From positions 64,001-128,000 of the forward strand of contig JBHLKM010000009.1 in assembly GCA_048886685.1 (NCBI GenBank): DNA of 64,000 bases, given 5' to 3'. The notes beneath the pieces were generated by a model that saw nothing but the letters and a program-made list of their open reading frames with translations, made no database searches and was not told the DNA's origin. Both the position numbers and the translations under genes were made by a program. The DNA comes from Candidatus Hodarchaeota archaeon (GTDB lineage: Archaea > Asgardarchaeota > Lokiarchaeia > Sigyniarchaeales > SOKP01). This document shows positions 59,589 through 64,000 of this stretch, piece by piece (positions within the stretch are counted from its first letter, which is position 1; each line of letters opens with the position of its first letter).

Positions 59589-59660
59589 TTTTTTTCCCTC
59601 AATAATAGGTTCTTATTAATTTTAATATAGATTGACAACTATATTTAGTTTAACTTCGTA

Positions 59661-59676
59661 AACTCCATGTGAAGTT
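59661..59676. promoter_or_regulatory. AACTYY-N4-RRAGTT box
   Basis: AACTCC-ATGT-GAAGTT, 13 nt upstream of a minus-strand TAAATATA. Confidence 0.65.
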
Positions 59677-59841
59677 CGAATTTAACGCGAAGGGCTTCTC
59701 AGTTTTGTCAGAATTATTTAAAATGAATATGTATTAATATCTTAAAGCTCTTTAATTTTAATCTTGTTGAATGAAGTATCCATACCTTTTTCCCCAATTC
59801 ATCCAATTCCTCTTCACTAAGTATTTAGTTTTTACTGCATG

Positions 59842-59857
59842 AACTTTAACCAAAGTT
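59842..59857. promoter_or_regulatory. AACTYY-N4-RRAGTT box
   Basis: AACTTT-AACC-AAAGTT, about 90 nt before the 59945 gene. Confidence 0.6.
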
Positions 59858-59944
59858 ATATAGTATTAAAAACTATTATACTATAAGAAGACTATAAGAA
59901 TTTAGTATGCTAAACATTAAGAAAACTCTTTCAAAAATGATATC

Positions 59945-61849
59945 ATGAGTCATATAAATTATCCACCTAAAGAAATTTATAATCCTCCCGTATTAGAGAA
60001 AAAAAATTTTGAGCTTATCATTCTTTGGATGCTATATAATAATGAAGAATGCGAGTGGGCTAATTTTACTCAAGAACCCCTTGAACTTCGGTTATCTACT
60101 CTCTCAAAATATCTTTCATTATTAAAGGGGAAGGGATATGCAGAGAATATTTCAAGAGGGCTTTATAAAATTACTTCAGAAGGCAAAAAGAGATATCTTG
60201 AATTATCACAGGCAAAGGAAAAAGAAAGAACTCTAAGCTATCCCCCTGCTATCATTACAAGAAGAAGAAATTATGATCATTGGATTCTTTGGATGGTTTA
60301 TAACAATAACTACTGCAAATGGTCGGATTTTATTGAAGAAAATTCACCTGTAAGAATTAATCAATCATCCTTATCTAAAAATATGAATATATTAATCGAT
60401 AAAGGATTTATAGAAAAAGAAGAGAAGAAATATAGAATCACCCGATCAGGTAAAGTGGAGTATTCTAGAGTATTACAAGAATATGATTTAGATAGACAAT
60501 CAATTTTGGAGGAAGAAAGTAAGCGAATTGAAGAGATTACAATGAAGACTATAAAATTTTTCAATAAATATGAAATTGAAAATAAGGACATACAATTTAG
60601 ATTACTCAACAATATGCTGAAATTGGATTATACCAGGGTTGAAGCAATGCTCACAGATGAACAAGATTTTAACAAAATCTTACTTTTTATCTCAATTAAT
60701 CATCCAAGTCAATATCCTAATTATATTTCTGTAGATGGTTTCTCGAAAATTTATGGAATTAAAGATTCAAAATTGGATTATTATGTTGATGAAATTATTG
60801 AAAATGAGATTTTTCCCGTTAAATTTTTTAAAATAATTGTACAACCAGATGTCCATTATTATTTCCAAGAGAATGAAAGATTAGAAATAATGCTTCGAGC
60901 AATCACAGAAGATCATATCACCAAATTCACATATTTAAATAAATTATTTTCGAGACCATTTGACATAAGAAGTACAGTGGATGATATATTAGAAGATATT
61001 TGTGAGGTATTATTTCACGAGGATTTAAAAGAATCCTTACACAAATTTTTACCAAAATATATTAATTATTTAGCCTATAAAATTGAAGCTAAAGTTGAGC
61101 TGAAAGAGACTTATGATAAATTAGAAGGAATTATTTGGCACAATATGATAGACATATTTGAAACAAGAAATATTGAAGAATTACAAGAAGATTACAGAGT
61201 AGAAATCAAGAAAATTGATAAAAAGATTGAGTCAAATCCAGAGGACCTTGATTTATATAACTTAAAGATAAGAATTTTGATTTATTACAATCAATTCGAT
61301 GAGGTACTGAGCTTATTAGATGAAATGTTAGAAATTTTCCCGAAAGATGAATTAGATGTAAAGATGAAAAAGGCATCTGTATTGAGAAGGATGCAAGATG
61401 TAAGTAAGGGTTTAGAAATAATTAATGAGTTAATTGAAAAATACCCTAAAAACAATGACCTTGTGAGTTATAAAGCTTATTGGCTTCAATATTTAGATCG
61501 AAAGGAAGAATCTCTCAGCATAATTCATGATCTTGTTGAACTTATTCCTGAAAATGGAATGTACCATGACACTTATGGAGAAATTCTAATGTATTTTGAG
61601 GAAAATGAAAAAGCTATAAATGAATTCCTTAAAGCGATAGAATTAGCGGGTGATGAATGGTATATTCATCAAACCTATATTAAGCTAGGAATCTGTTATA
61701 AAGAAGTTCAACAATTGGAACGTGCGCTTGAGTACCTAACTAAAGGGAAGAAATTAACAGAAAAGATTTCAATTGACGCCGAAACTAAACAAAAATGGAT
61801 CACAATTGCGAATCTCTTTCTTTTAGAATTAGAGCAATTAGAAGAATAA
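59945..61849 (+). CDS. Tandem winged-HTH / TPR-repeat regulator (short form)
   Basis: Collinear paralog of 56211-58733 lacking about 200 aa of the TPR region. Confidence 0.8.
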   Translation: MSHINYPPKEIYNPPVLEKKNFELIILWMLYNNEECEWANFTQEPLELRLSTLSKYLSLLKGKGYAENISRGLYKITSEGKKRYLELSQAKEKERTLSYPPAIITRRRNYDHWILWMVYNNNYCKWSDFIEENSPVRINQSSLSKNMNILIDKGFIEKEEKKYRITRSGKVEYSRVLQEYDLDRQSILEEESKRIEEITMKTIKFFNKYEIENKDIQFRLLNNMLKLDYTRVEAMLTDEQDFNKILLFISINHPSQYPNYISVDGFSKIYGIKDSKLDYYVDEIIENEIFPVKFFKIIVQPDVHYYFQENERLEIMLRAITEDHITKFTYLNKLFSRPFDIRSTVDDILEDICEVLFHEDLKESLHKFLPKYINYLAYKIEAKVELKETYDKLEGIIWHNMIDIFETRNIEELQEDYRVEIKKIDKKIESNPEDLDLYNLKIRILIYYNQFDEVLSLLDEMLEIFPKDELDVKMKKASVLRRMQDVSKGLEIINELIEKYPKNNDLVSYKAYWLQYLDRKEESLSIIHDLVELIPENGMYHDTYGEILMYFEENEKAINEFLKAIELAGDEWYIHQTYIKLGICYKEVQQLERALEYLTKGKKLTEKISIDAETKQKWITIANLFLLELEQLEE

Positions 61850-61915
61850 AGCACAAGGATTTTTGGTAACTTAACAGTAAACTTATCAAAATAATATAAA
61901 AAAAGGATAGAGACC

Positions 61916-63706
61916 CTAACTTTTTTCTACTAATTGTTCTAACTCTTCGATTTTGTCAGATAGATAATTAATTCCTTTTTGCCAGAATGAAGCATCCTTT
62001 AAGTTGATACCAATTTCAGATAATATTTCTTCAGGTGTTAATGAACCTCCAACAGAAAGGAGTTTAATAAATTTTGGGACAAATTTTTCTTTTTGCTCAA
62101 GATATAATTGATATATTGAGATTACCAACAGATTAGACATGTTATATGCATACACATAGAAAGGTACTTGTAAAAAATGGTGCACAACAAAACAGTAATT
62201 GGCGTAATCTTCTCTAATGTTACTAATAGAGTTGCCAAACATTAATTCCATTTCTCTAACAAAAGTATCTTTAATTTCTTCTGTTGAGGGTAATTTCTCC
62301 TCCAGTAAATTATGAATACTTTTTTCAAACCTATAGAAAGCATTTTGTCTATGGGAAGTACTGAACTTTGATTCAATGAAATTACTTAACAAAGAAATCT
62401 TTTCTTCTCTCGATAAATTTGTATTCATTAAATGGTCAAAAATTAAAATTTCATTGAAAATTGAGGCAATTTCAGCCATAACCAAAGAAATTCCTATATT
62501 TATGAAGTTTTGATTTTTTAAATTATAATATGCGTGAAATGCATGGCCAAGTTCATGAGATAATGTTCTTAATGAATCGATTGTACCAGTAAAATTTACA
62601 AATACGAACGGATAATGCTTCAGTTTCCCATTGGAACAAAAGGCACCACGATTTTTTCCAATTCTGGGAGTGACATCAATATGATTAGATAAAACCATTC
62701 TTTCTATTATCTCTTTAAATTCTGGAAAAAATCTTTCATCAGCATCTTTAATAAGTTCTAAATTTTCCTTATAGGAATAATTTTTTGTTATTTGACCAAT
62801 CGGGACATAAATATCCGACATATGGAGTTCAGGGAGATTTAAGATTTTTTTCTTTAAGTTGTAATATTTCTCCACGATAGAATAACTTTTTGTGGTTACT
62901 TCTCCTAAAATTTCAACACTCTCATCACTAACTTCATTTTCGAGATTTCTTCGTGATATCGGTGTATTGAAATTCTTTTTTTTGCATTCTAAATCCCAGC
63001 TTTTCAAGGTATTATTAAAAGTATGAGTGAAAATCATTTCATACTCCTTATATTTGGAAACAATTGCACTTAAGGCTCTAAATCGAAGATCTTTATCCTG
63101 GTGGTACATAAAAGAAAAGACCTCTGCTTCAGTTAACTTCCTCATTTTTCCTTCTACTTCAAAATCGAAAATAAAACTGCTTTTTAATTCATTATAAAGT
63201 TTTATGAATGCTTTAGCACCTGTAATATCTTTCATTAAAACTATTTGTTCTTCTTCTTCCGAAAGTTGATGTTTTTTTTTCAATCTGTTAAATTTGAGAG
63301 CATGAGAATAATTGATAAGTTCTGGAGCATTTTTTAACTCGTTAAATTTGTGTTCTGAAATCAAATTCAATTCTAAATTAAAAAACAATAATTTTTCCTG
63401 AAATTTAGCTTTATAATCTTCTATCTTTGAGCGAAATGATTTTACATCATCATTTAATGAGTTAATTGAATATTCCAAACTTGAATAACGATCTAAGTAA
63501 TATATTTGTTCAGATATTTGTTCATATTCCTTATACCATTCTAATAATTGCTTTGGAGTAAGTAAAGGATCCCTTATCTTTCCTTTGACTTTCTTATAAA
63601 AATTTTCGACTGACTTTTCTAATTCTTTAAGATCCTTATCAATTGAAGGATCATCAATGCTTTCGTAGAAGTCGGTTAAATCCCATTTAATGATTTCTTC
63701 TGCCAT
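61916..63706 (-). CDS. pepF: Oligoendopeptidase F (M3B)
   Basis: WDLTD.Y, GK.RGAF, HELGHAFH, AEIASIFNE, HF...FYVYAY. Confidence 0.9.
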   Translation of the reverse strand: MAEEIIKWDLTDFYESIDDPSIDKDLKELEKSVENFYKKVKGKIRDPLLTPKQLLEWYKEYEQISEQIYYLDRYSSLEYSINSLNDDVKSFRSKIEDYKAKFQEKLLFFNLELNLISEHKFNELKNAPELINYSHALKFNRLKKKHQLSEEEEQIVLMKDITGAKAFIKLYNELKSSFIFDFEVEGKMRKLTEAEVFSFMYHQDKDLRFRALSAIVSKYKEYEMIFTHTFNNTLKSWDLECKKKNFNTPISRRNLENEVSDESVEILGEVTTKSYSIVEKYYNLKKKILNLPELHMSDIYVPIGQITKNYSYKENLELIKDADERFFPEFKEIIERMVLSNHIDVTPRIGKNRGAFCSNGKLKHYPFVFVNFTGTIDSLRTLSHELGHAFHAYYNLKNQNFINIGISLVMAEIASIFNEILIFDHLMNTNLSREEKISLLSNFIESKFSTSHRQNAFYRFEKSIHNLLEEKLPSTEEIKDTFVREMELMFGNSISNIREDYANYCFVVHHFLQVPFYVYAYNMSNLLVISIYQLYLEQKEKFVPKFIKLLSVGGSLTPEEILSEIGINLKDASFWQKGINYLSDKIEELEQLVEKS

Positions 63707-63869
63707 ATAACAGAAAATAAGAAATTATTATATGAAGTTTTCTAATTACTTACTGAATCCTACTCTCGAGCAATACTGAAATATTAAAAAAAATTATACT
63801 TTTTAATAAAACACTTGTTTATTTAATTAATAGCATAGTTATAATAATTAACTTTCATTATTGCATTGT

Positions 63870-64000
63870 ATGATCAAATCTGTCTTAATTGCAAATCGTG
63901 GAGAGATTGCAGTTAGGGTCATTCGAGCCTGCCGGTCAAAAGACATTCAATCAATTGCGGTTTTTTCTGACACAGACAAAAATTCTCTCCATGTAAAAAT
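63870..64000 (+). CDS. Biotin carboxylase subunit (5' part, runs off the window)
   Basis: [21 protein letters not shown]...AVFSDTD..SLHV. Confidence 0.9.
   Translation, partial: MIKSVLIANRGEIAVRVIRACRSKDIQSIAVFSDTDKNSLHVK

Noticed and set aside
59742-59802. 13- and 14-aa minus-strand ORFs (MDTSFNKIKIKEL, MNWGKRYGYFIQQD) downstream of the 59842 box
   Set aside because: Too short to separate from chance and in two competing frames; revisit if a transcript is found
54166-61849. Microproteins as RiPP precursors or toxin-antitoxin components
   Set aside because: No modification enzyme, exporter or recognisable toxin nearby; kept only as alternatives

Overview
AT-rich (roughly 30% GC by eye), gene-dense archaeal sequence. 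It is most consistent with an Asgard archaeon (Lokiarchaeia-like): four untailed Rab-like small GTPases, a TPR+longin-like fusion, HEAT/LRR proteins, a split GMP synthase, a TrmB-like regulator, ADP-forming acyl-CoA ligase alpha subunits and a TfrAB-type fumarate reductase. Most of the window is anaerobic organic-acid and peptide metabolism: a ThDP-enzyme triplet, a candidate Re-citrate synthase, AbfD, a 2-oxoacid:ferredoxin oxidoreductase, a GlcD/GlcF-like pair, TfrAB, class I fumarase, methylmalonyl-CoA mutase and several peptidases. The most striking region is 52.7-61.9 kb, a module present twice: [Rab-like GTPase <- microprotein genes <- | -> multi-wHTH/TPR regulator]. A palindromic box (AACTYY-N4-RRAGTT) sits at fixed spacing upstream of the microprotein promoters, and several of the microproteins, including one member of an NP(R/K)Y(F/L)EExI family, are absent from the ORF track. 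Other notable items are a circularly permuted oxidoreductase beta subunit and several deletion or duplication gene remnants. No rRNA, tRNA, CRISPR array or transposase was recognised. All functional calls come from motif reading and recall; no database search was run.
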